Part shown: in pieces, positions 20,219 to 30,356 of the stretch | How positions within the stretch are numbered: the first letter of the stretch is position 1 | Layout: the number at the start of each line of letters is the position of its first letter | Assembly: GCA_963798085.1 (NCBI GenBank) | Contig: CAWCRS010000005.1 | Coordinates: 768,001 to 832,000 of the forward strand | Length of the DNA stretch: 64,000 nt | From: an uncultured Gemmatimonadales bacterium | Lineage (GTDB): Bacteria; Gemmatimonadota; Gemmatimonadetes; Longimicrobiales; RSA9 | Reading direction: 5' to 3' | Notes under the pieces: model-generated | What the model saw: the letters and a program-made list of their open reading frames with translations, nothing else | Told to the model about the DNA's origin: nothing | Database searches by the model: none | Made by a program: the position numbers and the translations under genes

Positions 20219-22003
20219 ATGAACCCGCTCCGCCGGATCCTGCCGTACGCGCGTCCCTATCGCGCCGCCATCGTGGCCGGGCTGCTGCTCACCGGGTTCT
20301 CCAACGCGGCGGGCATCCTGATGCCGTGGTTCGTGGGCCGGGCGATCGACGCGCTGTCGCGGCCTGACTTCACGTTGCGCCTGCTGGCGGTGAACGCGCT
20401 GCTGATCGTGGGAACGACGGCCCTCAGCGGCCTGGGCCGGTTCGGCATGCGTCAGCTGCTCAACAGTGCGAGCCGGCGCATTGAGAACGACCTGCGCGAG
20501 GACCTGTTCGCGCACCTGCTGCGCCTCGATGCCGGCTTCTATGGCCGCATGCCCACCGGCGAGCTGATGAGCCGCCTCACGAACGACACGCAGGCCGTGC
20601 GCATGGCCATCGGGCCGGGCATCATGTACCTGGTCAACACCGTGGTTGTGTCCGTGCTGGCGCTGGCCGTGATGGTGGGATACGACCTGCGACTCACCGC
20701 GCTCGCGCTGATTCCGCTCGTGTTCCTGGCGCCCGTCATGAAATACTTCGGTCGCGTGATCCACCAGCGCTTCGAGCGCATCCAGGAGCATTTCGGCGTG
20801 CTCTCTACCATGGTGCAGGAGAACCTGAGTGGCGTGCGCATCGTGCGTGCGTATGCGCAGGAAGCGGCGCAGGAGCGGGAATTCGACACGCTGAACCGGC
20901 AGTACTTCGAGAAGAACATGGCGCTGGCGCGCACCTCCGCGCTGTTCGACCCGCTGCTCGCCATTCTTGCCGGGCTGGGCGTGCTGGTGGTGCTCTGGTT
21001 CGGCGGCCTCGACGTCATGGCGGGACGCATCACGGCGGGCGAATTCGTCGCCTTCTTCTTCTATCTGGGGCTGCTGACCTGGCCCATGATCGCCATCGGC
21101 TGGACCATCAACCTGTTCCAGCGTGGCGCTGCATTGATGGGCCGGATCGAAGAGCTGTTCCGCACGCAGTCCGCGATCCAGGAAACCGTGGCGCCTGCAC
21201 AGATGCCTGCGGTGCGGGGCGAAATCGTCTTCGATAACGTCTGGTTTCGTTATCCCGGCGCCGAGCACGATGTGCTCCAGGGCGTGAGCTTCCGCATCGC
21301 CGCGGGCGAGACGACTGCGATCGTCGGCCCCACGGGTGCAGGCAAGTCTACGATCATTGCGCTCATGACGCGGCGGCGCGATCCCCTGCGCGGGCAGATC
21401 CGGCTGGACGGCATTCCGCTCGAGCGACTTTCCCTCGAACAGGTGCGTGCGGTCATGGCCGTGGTGCCGCAGGACGCCTTCGTTTTTTCCGCGACGATCG
21501 CGGAAAACATTGCGCTCGGCCTGCCCCACGGTGCGGTGCGTGATGGTCGCGTCGAGTCCGCCGCTGCGGTGGCGCGACTGGATGAGGCGATCGCGCTGTT
21601 TCCGCAGGGCTACGAGACGCGGCTGGGCGAGCGCGGCGTCAATCTTTCCGGGGGACAGCGCCAGCGCACCACACTGGCTCGCGCACTGGCGAGGGATGCG
21701 CGCGTGCTGATTCTCGACGATGCGCTCAGTGCGGTGGACACGCAGACCGAGACCGAGATCCTGCGCGGGCTGGGCGGTGTATTCGCTCAACGTACGTCGG
21801 TCGTTGTGAGTCACCGGGTGAGCGCGGTCATGAACGCCGATCAGATCCTGGTGCTGGACGGCGGGCGCATCGTGGAGCGCGGTCGCCATGCGGAACTCGT
21901 CGCGGCGGGTGGCCTGTACACTACACTGCTTCGCCGTCAGCTGCTGGCGGATACGCTGGAGGCCGGAACGGTTGCCGGGCCTGCAGACGAAACCCTAGCT
22001 TGA
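20219..22003 (+). CDS. ABC exporter, fused permease/ATPase (MdlA/MdlB type)
   Basis: Six-TM N-terminus, Walker A GPTGAGKS, signature LSGGQRQR, Walker B LILDD, VSHR. Confidence 0.95.
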   Translation: MNPLRRILPYARPYRAAIVAGLLLTGFSNAAGILMPWFVGRAIDALSRPDFTLRLLAVNALLIVGTTALSGLGRFGMRQLLNSASRRIENDLREDLFAHLLRLDAGFYGRMPTGELMSRLTNDTQAVRMAIGPGIMYLVNTVVVSVLALAVMVGYDLRLTALALIPLVFLAPVMKYFGRVIHQRFERIQEHFGVLSTMVQENLSGVRIVRAYAQEAAQEREFDTLNRQYFEKNMALARTSALFDPLLAILAGLGVLVVLWFGGLDVMAGRITAGEFVAFFFYLGLLTWPMIAIGWTINLFQRGAALMGRIEELFRTQSAIQETVAPAQMPAVRGEIVFDNVWFRYPGAEHDVLQGVSFRIAAGETTAIVGPTGAGKSTIIALMTRRRDPLRGQIRLDGIPLERLSLEQVRAVMAVVPQDAFVFSATIAENIALGLPHGAVRDGRVESAAAVARLDEAIALFPQGYETRLGERGVNLSGGQRQRTTLARALARDARVLILDDALSAVDTQTETEILRGLGGVFAQRTSVVVSHRVSAVMNADQILVLDGGRIVERGRHAELVAAGGLYTTLLRRQLLADTLEAGTVAGPADETLA

Positions 22004-22012
22004 GCCCGGCCA

Positions 22013-22412
22013 ATGTCAACGATCCTGCTTGTCGACGATGAGCCTCTCCTGCGCCGCGCCTTCCGCACTCTGCTCGAAGCCTCCGGTTATCATGTCACGG
22101 AAGCGGGCAGTCTGGGCGAAGCCTTTGCCAGTGCAGCCGCCGAGCGGCCTTCGCTGATTCTGCTCGACCTGGGATTGCCCGACGGCTCCGGCCTCGAGCT
22201 GCCCCGCGAGCTGGCGAGGCATCAGGAAACGCAGGGCGTGCCCATTGTCGCCATGACCGGACGTTCGGGAGCCGATGTCAGCCGGGCCTGCGCCGATGCG
22301 GGTTGCGCGGGCCATCCTCGTGAAGCCGATCGAGCCGCGCGAGCTGGTCCGGCGCATACCGTTGTGGCTCGAAGCGTCGCCTACAGACGCTCCAGCAGAA
22401 AATCGGGTGTGA
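22013..22412 (+). CDS. Single-domain response regulator; frameshift near 22310
   Basis: ILLVDD, LLDLGLPDGSG, VAMTG. Removing one G near 22310 restores ILVKPIEPREL and a stop at 22410-22412. Confidence 0.85.
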
Positions 22413-23106
22413 AGCGCGCGAAGAACGCGGACAGCATGGTGAAACTGCCGGTCACGAGCATCAGTCCAACCACCAGCAGCAGGGCGCCCGAGGCTTTTTC
22501 CATGATGGGGATCAGGCGACGGAAGCGGCGCGTTGCGCGCAGGAACGCGCCCGTCGCAAGCCCGGCGAGGATGAACGGCACGGCGAGGCCCAGCGAGTAG
22601 GCGATCAGCAACCCCATCGCGTTCCACATCGTGTCGCGCACGAGCGCCCAGGTCAGCAGCGTGCCGAGCACCGGCCCAATGCAGGGAGTCCAGCCCGCGC
22701 CGAACGCGAGGCCGGCGGCGGCCGCGCCCAGGTACCCGCGCGGCGAATTGGTGAGGTGGAGTCGCTTCTCGCGTAACAGCGGTGTCAGCCGGAACACACC
22801 CAGCAGGTGCAGGCCGAAGAAGATGACCATGACCCCGCCAATGCGGGCGATCCAGTCCTGGTACTGGCGGAACAGCTGCCCCACGAGTGTGGCCGATGCG
22901 CCCAGCAGCAGGAATATGAGACTGAAGCCACCCACGAAGCAGAGCGCGGGAATCAGCACTGCGCGGCGCGAGGGTTGCCCGTGCAGATCCTCGAGGCTCA
23001 GCCCTGTGATGAGCCCGAGATAGACGGGAACGAGTGGCAGAACACAGGGCGAGAGGAAGGAGAGCAACCCTGCGAGGAAAGCCACCGCGAAACTGATCGA
23101 GTTCAT
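22381..23106 (-). CDS. ccdA: Cytochrome c biogenesis protein CcdA
   Basis: AGLLSFLSPCVLP and GWTPCIGP redox cysteine motifs, YSLGLAVPF. Confidence 0.93.
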   Translation of the reverse strand: MNSISFAVAFLAGLLSFLSPCVLPLVPVYLGLITGLSLEDLHGQPSRRAVLIPALCFVGGFSLIFLLLGASATLVGQLFRQYQDWIARIGGVMVIFFGLHLLGVFRLTPLLREKRLHLTNSPRGYLGAAAAGLAFGAGWTPCIGPVLGTLLTWALVRDTMWNAMGLLIAYSLGLAVPFILAGLATGAFLRATRRFRRLIPIMEKASGALLLVVGLMLVTGSFTMLSAFFARFTPDFLLERL

Positions 23107-24832
23107 GTCGTCTCGTCGCTTACGGCGGCTCCGGCAGGCGCTCTACCGCCTCTATTATCGAGTCAAGTACTTCCCGTTCGCCCGCGAACGGCGCGAGCGC
23201 ATGACCGGGCAGCCGGCCGAACGCGGCTTCGTCGTGATCCAGCTGGACGCGCTCAGCCACGATGATCTGCTGCACGCCATCCAGCAAGGCTGGGCGCCTC
23301 GCCTGCGCCGCCTGCTGCAGCGCGATGGCTGGCAGCTGCGTAAGTACACCGCCGGCCTGCCGAGTGCCACGCCCTCTGTCCAGGCCGCCATCTTCCACGG
23401 TGTCCAGTCGCAGATTCCCGCGTTCCGTTTCTACATCAAGGACGAACGCCGCGTGATCGTGGGCTCGCGACCCGCGGATGTGCAGCACGTGCGCGACCGC
23501 CTGCCGCAGACCGGTATCCTCGCCGGTGGCTCGAGCTACACGAACATCTTCGATGGCGGCGCCGACCGTGCCGCGTTCACGCTCGCGGCCCAGCGCGCCC
23601 AGCCTTTCTTTCAGAAAATGGGCGGCGCGCGCGTGTCGCTCCTTGCGCTGCTGCACCCTGTGCGCATGGTGCGCATGATTCTGGCCGCCGTGTGGGAGTA
23701 CATGCTCGAGGAGTGGAACCGCCTCATCAGTCAGCTGCGTGGCCAGTCCACGCACTACTGGTGGTACATCCCGCTGCTGCACATCGGCACGGATGTGCTG
23801 CTGCGCGAGCTGCAGACACTGGCAGTGCTGCTCGACATCTACGTGGGCGTGCCTTTCATCTACACGACCTACAATTCATACGACGAGTTTGCGCACCACT
23901 TCGGCCCGCGCTCGCGTGCCGCGCTGGCCGGCATCCGCGCCATGGACCGGCGAGTGGGCGAGATCATGCGCATGCTGCGCCGTCTGCCCGGCCGTCCCTA
24001 TGACCTCTACATACTGAGCGATCACGGCCAGACGCCATCCGTGCCGTATCGCGTCGAATTCGGCGAAACCCTGGGCGCGACCATTGTCGCGGCCGCTCGC
24101 CATGGCGTGCTGGTAATGGCCGGCACCGGCGACTACGCCACCGACAATCACGATGCCATGGATTTCCTGGTGCGCGAGCTGGAGCAGGTGTCGCAGCAGT
24201 CGAATCCTGCCGCCCGTCATCTGGGTCTTCGCATCGGTCGCTGGCTGCGCAGCCACTACGGCCTGTTCCCGCTGGTCGCCGAGGTCGTGCGCCAGTCGCC
24301 GGAGACGCAGCTCGTGGTCACGTACTCATCCTCACTGGCGCACGTCTACTGGACGCAGCCGGAAACGCCACTGCACCTGGACGAGATCCGCGCCGACGCC
24401 GACCGCCGCGCGCTCTACTACTTCCTGGTCGCGCACCGCGGCATTGGCGTGGTGATCACGCGCATGCTGGATGGCGCGCACGTCGAGTCAATGCGCGGCC
24501 GCGCGCTGGTCACGCCGGCCGGCGAGATCGAGGTGCTGTCAGGCGAGGATCCGCTGCACGACTACGCCAGCACGCAGCTGGAGCGGCGCGCCATCGCGCG
24601 GCTGGCGCAGCAGCCCCATGCCGGCGACATCGTGCTCTTCGGCGCCTGGGACCCGGTGCGCAACGTGTGCATCTGCTTCGACGACCAGGTCGGCGCGCAC
24701 GGCGCCATGGGCGGCGCCCAGTACTATCCCTTCCTGCTCACGCGCCCGGGCCTGGTCCCGCCCGGAGCGCGTGTCGACGAACCGCTGGACATCCATGCGC
24801 TGCTGTCCCGCTACCGCGAACCCGTTGCCTGA
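23105..24832 (+). CDS. Alkaline-phosphatase superfamily (type I phosphodiesterase-like) protein
   Basis: IQLDALS, PSATP, YDEFAHHFGP, ILSDHGQ, GAHGAMGG. Alternative start at 23201. Confidence 0.82.
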   Translation: MSSRRLRRLRQALYRLYYRVKYFPFARERRERMTGQPAERGFVVIQLDALSHDDLLHAIQQGWAPRLRRLLQRDGWQLRKYTAGLPSATPSVQAAIFHGVQSQIPAFRFYIKDERRVIVGSRPADVQHVRDRLPQTGILAGGSSYTNIFDGGADRAAFTLAAQRAQPFFQKMGGARVSLLALLHPVRMVRMILAAVWEYMLEEWNRLISQLRGQSTHYWWYIPLLHIGTDVLLRELQTLAVLLDIYVGVPFIYTTYNSYDEFAHHFGPRSRAALAGIRAMDRRVGEIMRMLRRLPGRPYDLYILSDHGQTPSVPYRVEFGETLGATIVAAARHGVLVMAGTGDYATDNHDAMDFLVRELEQVSQQSNPAARHLGLRIGRWLRSHYGLFPLVAEVVRQSPETQLVVTYSSSLAHVYWTQPETPLHLDEIRADADRRALYYFLVAHRGIGVVITRMLDGAHVESMRGRALVTPAGEIEVLSGEDPLHDYASTQLERRAIARLAQQPHAGDIVLFGAWDPVRNVCICFDDQVGAHGAMGGAQYYPFLLTRPGLVPPGARVDEPLDIHALLSRYREPVA

Positions 24833-24945
24833 TTAACAAGCAGTTAGATCTCCCCCGATCCTCTCCCCCTCCCACCCACCTCCTCCTCCTTCGACCCCTG
24901 CTCCAGTCCGTCGCCCTTGTCACTGCGAGCCAATGTCGCCGCCGA

Positions 24946-25863
24946 CTATCCCTTCGCATGAAAACGGTACCCGATCATCTTGTAGACCAGCTTGGCGACC
25001 AGGAAATCAGGCGCGAACAGTCCCGGTATCGGCGCCAGCTCGACCACATCGGCGGCGACCACGTGCTTCTCCGTGAACACGCGGCGCAGCAGCTGCAGCA
25101 CGGGATACCAGGTGAGGCCGCCGGGCTCGGGTGTGCCGGTCGAGGGGATGAGCGACGGGTCGAAACCATCGACATCGAAGGTGAGGTACACATCGTCGCC
25201 CAGCCGGTGCAGCACGTCGTCGATCCAGGCATCGCCAGTGTGGATGTCATCAGCGAAGAAAATGCTGATGCTGTCGGCACGCTGCCGGGCCAGGGTACGT
25301 TCTTCCGCGGTGAGGGCACGGATGCCGACAGCGACGATGTCGGCGCGGTCCAGCACGCGCGCCATCACGGATGCGTGAGACCAGGGACTGCCCTCGTAGG
25401 CAGGGCGCAGGTCGGTGTGCGCATCGATCTGCAGCACGCTCAGGCGCCGGCCCAGACGATCCGCCCATGCCAGCACGGGCGCGCTGCTGATCGAGTGCTC
25501 GCCGCCCAGCGTGATGATGAAGCGGTCGCCGGCGCGCTCGAGCAGTGCATCGTACGCAGCACGCAGCTCGGCGATGGCCGCCTCGGCGCCGGCACGCGAG
25601 AGCGACAGTGCGGGCAGCGTGGCAATGCCCCCCTCGTACGGCTCGGCGTCCAGCTCCTGATCGTACAACTCAATGTAGCGCGAAGCTTCGATGATGGCGC
25701 GCGGCCCGTGTGACGTGCCGCCGCCGTAGCTGGTGGTCGACTCGTAGGGCACGGGAAAAATCACGGCGCGCGCGTTTTCGAAGTTGCTCGTCGCCTCGTC
25801 CAGCCCGAGGAAATTGTGCGGCAGCTCCCACGGCAATCCGGCCAGCCCCTGCGGCAGACTCAT
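24946..25863 (-). CDS. speB: Agmatinase
   Basis: GGEHSIS, IDAHTDLR, FDVDGFDPS, TGTPEPGG; strong RBS GGAGGAGG before ATG 25863. Confidence 0.93.
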   Translation of the reverse strand: MSLPQGLAGLPWELPHNFLGLDEATSNFENARAVIFPVPYESTTSYGGGTSHGPRAIIEASRYIELYDQELDAEPYEGGIATLPALSLSRAGAEAAIAELRAAYDALLERAGDRFIITLGGEHSISSAPVLAWADRLGRRLSVLQIDAHTDLRPAYEGSPWSHASVMARVLDRADIVAVGIRALTAEERTLARQRADSISIFFADDIHTGDAWIDDVLHRLGDDVYLTFDVDGFDPSLIPSTGTPEPGGLTWYPVLQLLRRVFTEKHVVAADVVELAPIPGLFAPDFLVAKLVYKMIGYRFHAKG

Positions 25864-26086
25864 GCCTCCTCCTTCCACACGAACGCTCCCGACGCTGCCT
25901 CGTCCGGGCGCGTTCGCGACGCGTCGGTTGGGCACTGCTCCTCCTTGCGCGCGGCCTCGCCCTGCCGGCAACCGGCGGTCAATCGGCGGGTCGGCCGGCC
26001 GGCGCGCAATAGCGCGCGCGAGCGCGGCCCTTGAGGCAGAGCCGGCAATGCCCCAACTTGCGCGCTCAATTCTGCGGGCGGAGAGA

Positions 26087-27979
26087 ATGACCTGGACGAT
26101 CGAAGATTCCAAGGAGCTGTACAACATCGAAGGCTGGGGTGTCGGCTATTTCGGCATCAATGAGCGCGGGCACGTGACGGTGCACCCCACCCGTGATGCG
26201 CGGCGCGGCCTCGACCTCTACGAGCTGGCCATGGACCTGCAGGCGCAGGGTGTGGGCCTGCCCATGCTGCTGCGTTTCTCGGATATCCTGCGCACGCGCA
26301 TCGAGACGCTCTACGAGAAGTTCGATGCCGCCATTCGCGAGTACGAGTACACCGCGCGCTACACCATCGTCTACCCCATCAAGGTGAACCAGCAGAAGCA
26401 CATCATCGAGGAGATCGTCGCGTTCGGCGAGAAGTTCGGCGTGGGTCTGGAAGTGGGCTCCAAGCCCGAGCTGCAGGCGGTGCTGGCGCTGTCCGAGCGT
26501 ACCGACCACGTGATTGTCTGCAACGGCTACAAGGACGAGGAGTACATGCGCCTCGCCCTCATGGGGCAGAAGCTGGGCCACACCGTGCTCGTGGTGCTGG
26601 AGAAACCGAGCGAAGTCGACCTGCTGATCCGTGTGAGCGATGACATGGGCGTCCAGCCCACTGCGGGTGTGCGCATCAAGCTGAGCACGGCGGGCGCCGG
26701 GCGCTGGTCCGAGAGTGCGGGCGAGAAGAGCAAGTTCGGACTGACCGCCGCCGAGCTGATGCGCGTGCTGGACCGGCTGCGCGCCGCCGGCCGCGTGGAT
26801 CTGCTGCGCATGGTGCACTTCCATCTGGGCTCGCAGATCCCCGACATCCGCAACATCAAGCAGGCCATGACGGAGGTAGCGCGCTACTACGTCGAGCTGC
26901 GCCGTCTGGGCGTCGACGTGCAGTACGTCAATGTGGGCGGCGGCCTGGGCGTCGACTACGACGGCACCCGCTCGACCGGTGCGGCCAGCGCCAACTATAC
27001 CATCCGCGAGTATGCCAGCGACATCATCTACACACTGGCCGAGGCCTGTCGTGATGCGGAGCTGCCCATGCCCCACGTCATCTCCGAGTCGGGGCGCGCG
27101 CTCACCGCGCACCATGCATTGCTGTTAGTCAACGTCATCGACCTCGAGTCCCAGATCGCCGAGCCGCCGCCGGAGATCCCGGAAGACGCGCACATGCTGG
27201 TGCACGAGCTGAGCGAGACCTTCCGCGACATCGACCAGCGCAACCTGCGCGAAGCCTACCACGACTCGACCTTCGCCAAGGAGCAGCTGCACAACCTGTT
27301 CAACAGCGGCGTGCTGTCGCTATCCGAGCGCGCCCTGGGCGAGCGCAGCTACCTCGCGGTCATGAACCGCATCCGCCAGCTGGCGCAACCCGACCTCGAG
27401 GATTACGACGACATCCTTCCCGACATCGACTCGATCCTCATCGATCGCTACTTCTGCAATTTCTCCGTCTTCCAGTCACTGCCCGATTCCTGGGCCATCG
27501 ACCAGCTCTTTCCCATCCTGCCCATCCACCGCCTGGAGGAAGAGCCGGTGCGGCGAGGCACGCTGCAGGATGTGACGTGCGATTCCGATGGCAAGATCGA
27601 CCGCTTCGCCGGCTGGCGCCGGCCCAAGAGCAGCCTCGAGCTGCACACCTTCCGGCACGACGAGCCCTATGTTCTCGGCATCTTCCTGACAGGCGCTTAT
27701 CAGGAAATCCTGGGCGACCTGCACAACCTCTTCGGCGACACCAACGCCGTGCACATCCGCCTGACCGACAAGGGCTACGAAGTCGGTGACCTCGTGCACG
27801 GCGACACCATCACCGAAGTCCTGAACTACGTACAGTTCAACGCCCAGGATCTGGTGACCACGTTCCGGCGCAAAGTCCAGAACGCCACTGGCCTCTCCCG
27901 CACCGAAGCCAATGCCTTCATTGCCGACTACATCGAGGGACTGGCCGGATATACCTATCTGGAAGGAAGCCGGGAGTAG
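26087..27979 (+). CDS. speA: Biosynthetic arginine decarboxylase
   Basis: YPIKVNQ (PLP lysine), CNGYKD, KFGL, HFHLGSQ, GGGLGVDYDG, ESGRA, TCDSDG, GAYQEILG. Confidence 0.97.
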   Translation: MTWTIEDSKELYNIEGWGVGYFGINERGHVTVHPTRDARRGLDLYELAMDLQAQGVGLPMLLRFSDILRTRIETLYEKFDAAIREYEYTARYTIVYPIKVNQQKHIIEEIVAFGEKFGVGLEVGSKPELQAVLALSERTDHVIVCNGYKDEEYMRLALMGQKLGHTVLVVLEKPSEVDLLIRVSDDMGVQPTAGVRIKLSTAGAGRWSESAGEKSKFGLTAAELMRVLDRLRAAGRVDLLRMVHFHLGSQIPDIRNIKQAMTEVARYYVELRRLGVDVQYVNVGGGLGVDYDGTRSTGAASANYTIREYASDIIYTLAEACRDAELPMPHVISESGRALTAHHALLLVNVIDLESQIAEPPPEIPEDAHMLVHELSETFRDIDQRNLREAYHDSTFAKEQLHNLFNSGVLSLSERALGERSYLAVMNRIRQLAQPDLEDYDDILPDIDSILIDRYFCNFSVFQSLPDSWAIDQLFPILPIHRLEEEPVRRGTLQDVTCDSDGKIDRFAGWRRPKSSLELHTFRHDEPYVLGIFLTGAYQEILGDLHNLFGDTNAVHIRLTDKGYEVGDLVHGDTITEVLNYVQFNAQDLVTTFRRKVQNATGLSRTEANAFIADYIEGLAGYTYLEGSRE

Positions 27980-27994
27980 TCGCGGTTTCCAACA

Positions 27995-28057
27995 GCGTTG
28001 CTGGGGCTGGTTGCCCGGGAACGCCATAACGCATCAGGACTCGTTGCTGGCGCTCGG
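27995..28057 (+). repeat. Copy of a dispersed intergenic repeat (REP/MITE-like)
   Basis: GCGTTGCTGGGGCTGGTTGCCCGGGAAC..GGACTCGTTGCTGGCGCTCGG; aligns by eye with the reverse complement of 38199-38277. Confidence 0.7.
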
Positions 28058-28068
28058 ATGTTTCCGTG

Positions 28069-30207
28069 TCAGCGGGGGCGTCGGGTCCAGATGAGAATGA
28101 CGCCGCAGGAGTTCTTGTATTCGATGGGCGTGGCGGCGCCGACGTAGACTTCGATGCCGTCGATGAAGGGAATGGGGATGTTGTGCATCTGGTCCCAGCC
28201 GGAATTGAGCGGCACGCCGTCATAGTAGACGCCGGGCTCGCAGCCGCGCAGCTCATCGTTGGCGTTGATGATGGTGGTGACGCGGCGGAAGCGGACCTGG
28301 GAGGTGCCGACTTCGTTGGTGAGGACGAAGACGCCGGGAATGTCACGCAGCAGATCGGTGAACAGCGCGGGGTGCTTCTCTTCAATGTCGCGGCGCGTGA
28401 AGAAGTGGCCGGACAGCCCGCTCGTGCGGCGATCGAAGAAGCCGTTCTGGTCCAGCCAGCGGGAGCGTACGGTCACGGTGATGGGATCGAGCTTGATGGC
28501 CTGCGTGGCCAGGCCCACCTCGGCATCGATCACCAGGCCCGCGGGTACGGAAACCGTGTCCGCGCGCGCCTCGAAGCCCAGCATGTGGGTCTCGACGACG
28601 TACGAGCCCGAGGGCACATCGCCGATGCGGAAGCGGCCGTCGGAGCCCGTGATGGCGTGATGCTCGGTACCGGTCAGCACAACCTCCGCACCGGGCACGG
28701 CGCGACCCGTGGAGCGGTCGAACACGCGTCCCACCAGCTTGCCCGGCTCGTGCGTGGTGAGCGCGTCATTGATCAGGCTGTCGACACGCTGGGTGGTCAC
28801 GATGCCGGCGCTGCGCAGGAAATAACGCAGGCTGTCCGCGGCGGATAACTGCATGTTTGCGGACTGCAGCGCGCGCGCGCTGTCGGCCAGGTCGATCTCG
28901 ACCTGCGTCGTCTGATTGCCGGCCAGCCAGACGTCGTGCGTCAGCGGCACCACGTTCGCCGTGGGGCCGGGCGCGACACCCACGCGGAAGCGGCCCGCGG
29001 GCAGCTCGGGAATGTAGAAGCGACCATCGGGATTCGTCGTCGCCTCGTAGTTCGTGCCGATCAGCCGGACCCGCGCTCCCTCGATGGGCACGCCCCCCTT
29101 CACGCTGTTCACCACACCCAGCAGGTGCGCGCGCGAAATCACGGGCAGCACCGAACCATCGGTCAGCGCCACGCGCATCACCTCGGCGCCATCTTCGCGC
29201 GCGAGGGGTGGCTCGGCGGAAGGCGGCGGCGGTGTACGCACCCACCAGCGGCCCAGCGTCCACAATCCGTTCGAGAGTCGCTGGAAACTGAGGCCACCCG
29301 CCGGCGCGCGCGGCCCGCGCGCTGCGAGGCCGCTGTACGCGAAGTCGACATCGCTCAGTTCGGCTGTCTCCGCATCCAGCCACATTACACCGAAAATGTC
29401 GACTGCCTTGCGGCCCGCCACCGGCTCGAACGTGATGCCCACGCGGCTGGCATGCCCGTGCTGCGCCGGTTCCAGCCGCACACCGAAGCAGTGGCCGCTC
29501 GCAAACTGATCGGAGAGCAGCACATTGGCGTCGGGCGCGAACAGGACGTCGCCGCGCGGCGTGCTCTGCGCGTAGCCTTCGAGTGCGACCTGATCGGGCG
29601 AGCGACTGCGCGAGGGACTCTCCGCGAGTCCCTGCAGCTGCCGGCCCTGCTCGCCTTCAATGCGGTCACCCGGTCCGAGCCGCCGCTGGTACTGGAAGAC
29701 ATCGTACAGGAAGAGATGACGCGCGCGGGTCCATGACTCGATCGCCAGTGCCTTCCGTGCTTCGCTCAGCAGCAGACCCGCCGGCCTGTCCGGACCCGGC
29801 TGCACTTCGCAGCGTGCGGGTGCGCTCGCAACCGCTTTCGCCAGGTCGATCGACTCGCGCGGCAGCTCGACTCTCGCCTCGCCCGTCGCGGGCACAGCAG
29901 CGGTGGCAGCTCGCCGCCCGATCGCGTCGACACGCAGCGTCGCTGCACCCTGCGCGGACGCGAGGACGAAATGACCCTCCCGATCCGAAACCGAGAGGGC
30001 CGTCCGATGTCCGTCCGCCGCCACCGCCGAAACCAGTGCGCCCGCGATCGGCGAGCCACTGCCCGACAGCACCACTACACCCCGGATCTCCTGCGCCACA
30101 CCATCACTCGCCGCCAGCAACAGACCTAGCGCGCAACCCACCGCGCCGTACCGCGCCGTTGCGCTACGGATCGTGTGCAGCGTGTTCTTGTCGTGGCCCC
30201 GTCGCAT
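28069..30207 (-). CDS. Exported protein with three carboxypeptidase regulatory-like domains and a C-terminal TonB-plug-like domain (no barrel)
   Basis: Signal peptide ending VA-Q; repeated PI.GA.V..T..DGRF; C-terminal DLLRDIPGV, VYYDG, IEVYVG, CGVILIWTR then stop. Confidence 0.8.
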   Translation of the reverse strand: MRRGHDKNTLHTIRSATARYGAVGCALGLLLAASDGVAQEIRGVVVLSGSGSPIAGALVSAVAADGHRTALSVSDREGHFVLASAQGAATLRVDAIGRRAATAAVPATGEARVELPRESIDLAKAVASAPARCEVQPGPDRPAGLLLSEARKALAIESWTRARHLFLYDVFQYQRRLGPGDRIEGEQGRQLQGLAESPSRSRSPDQVALEGYAQSTPRGDVLFAPDANVLLSDQFASGHCFGVRLEPAQHGHASRVGITFEPVAGRKAVDIFGVMWLDAETAELSDVDFAYSGLAARGPRAPAGGLSFQRLSNGLWTLGRWWVRTPPPPSAEPPLAREDGAEVMRVALTDGSVLPVISRAHLLGVVNSVKGGVPIEGARVRLIGTNYEATTNPDGRFYIPELPAGRFRVGVAPGPTANVVPLTHDVWLAGNQTTQVEIDLADSARALQSANMQLSAADSLRYFLRSAGIVTTQRVDSLINDALTTHEPGKLVGRVFDRSTGRAVPGAEVVLTGTEHHAITGSDGRFRIGDVPSGSYVVETHMLGFEARADTVSVPAGLVIDAEVGLATQAIKLDPITVTVRSRWLDQNGFFDRRTSGLSGHFFTRRDIEEKHPALFTDLLRDIPGVFVLTNEVGTSQVRFRRVTTIINANDELRGCEPGVYYDGVPLNSGWDQMHNIPIPFIDGIEVYVGAATPIEYKNSCGVILIWTRRPR

Positions 30208-30356
30208 GGCGTTTCCCGTCGACGGCGATGGCTTTGGAGGACAAAGCCGCGGAAATCTGTATGTGAAACGCGCGGCCCCTCGCGGGCATGACCGGTTTCG
30301 GCCCGGATTCCCTGCCCCTCATCCCCCGGCTGCTGATCCGTTGCCCGATCCCACCG

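Noticed and set aside
25784..26127. Long overlapping N-terminal extensions of speA and speB in the ORF track
   Set aside because: RBS-supported starts at 25863 (speB) and 26087 (speA) leave a normal divergent intergenic region.
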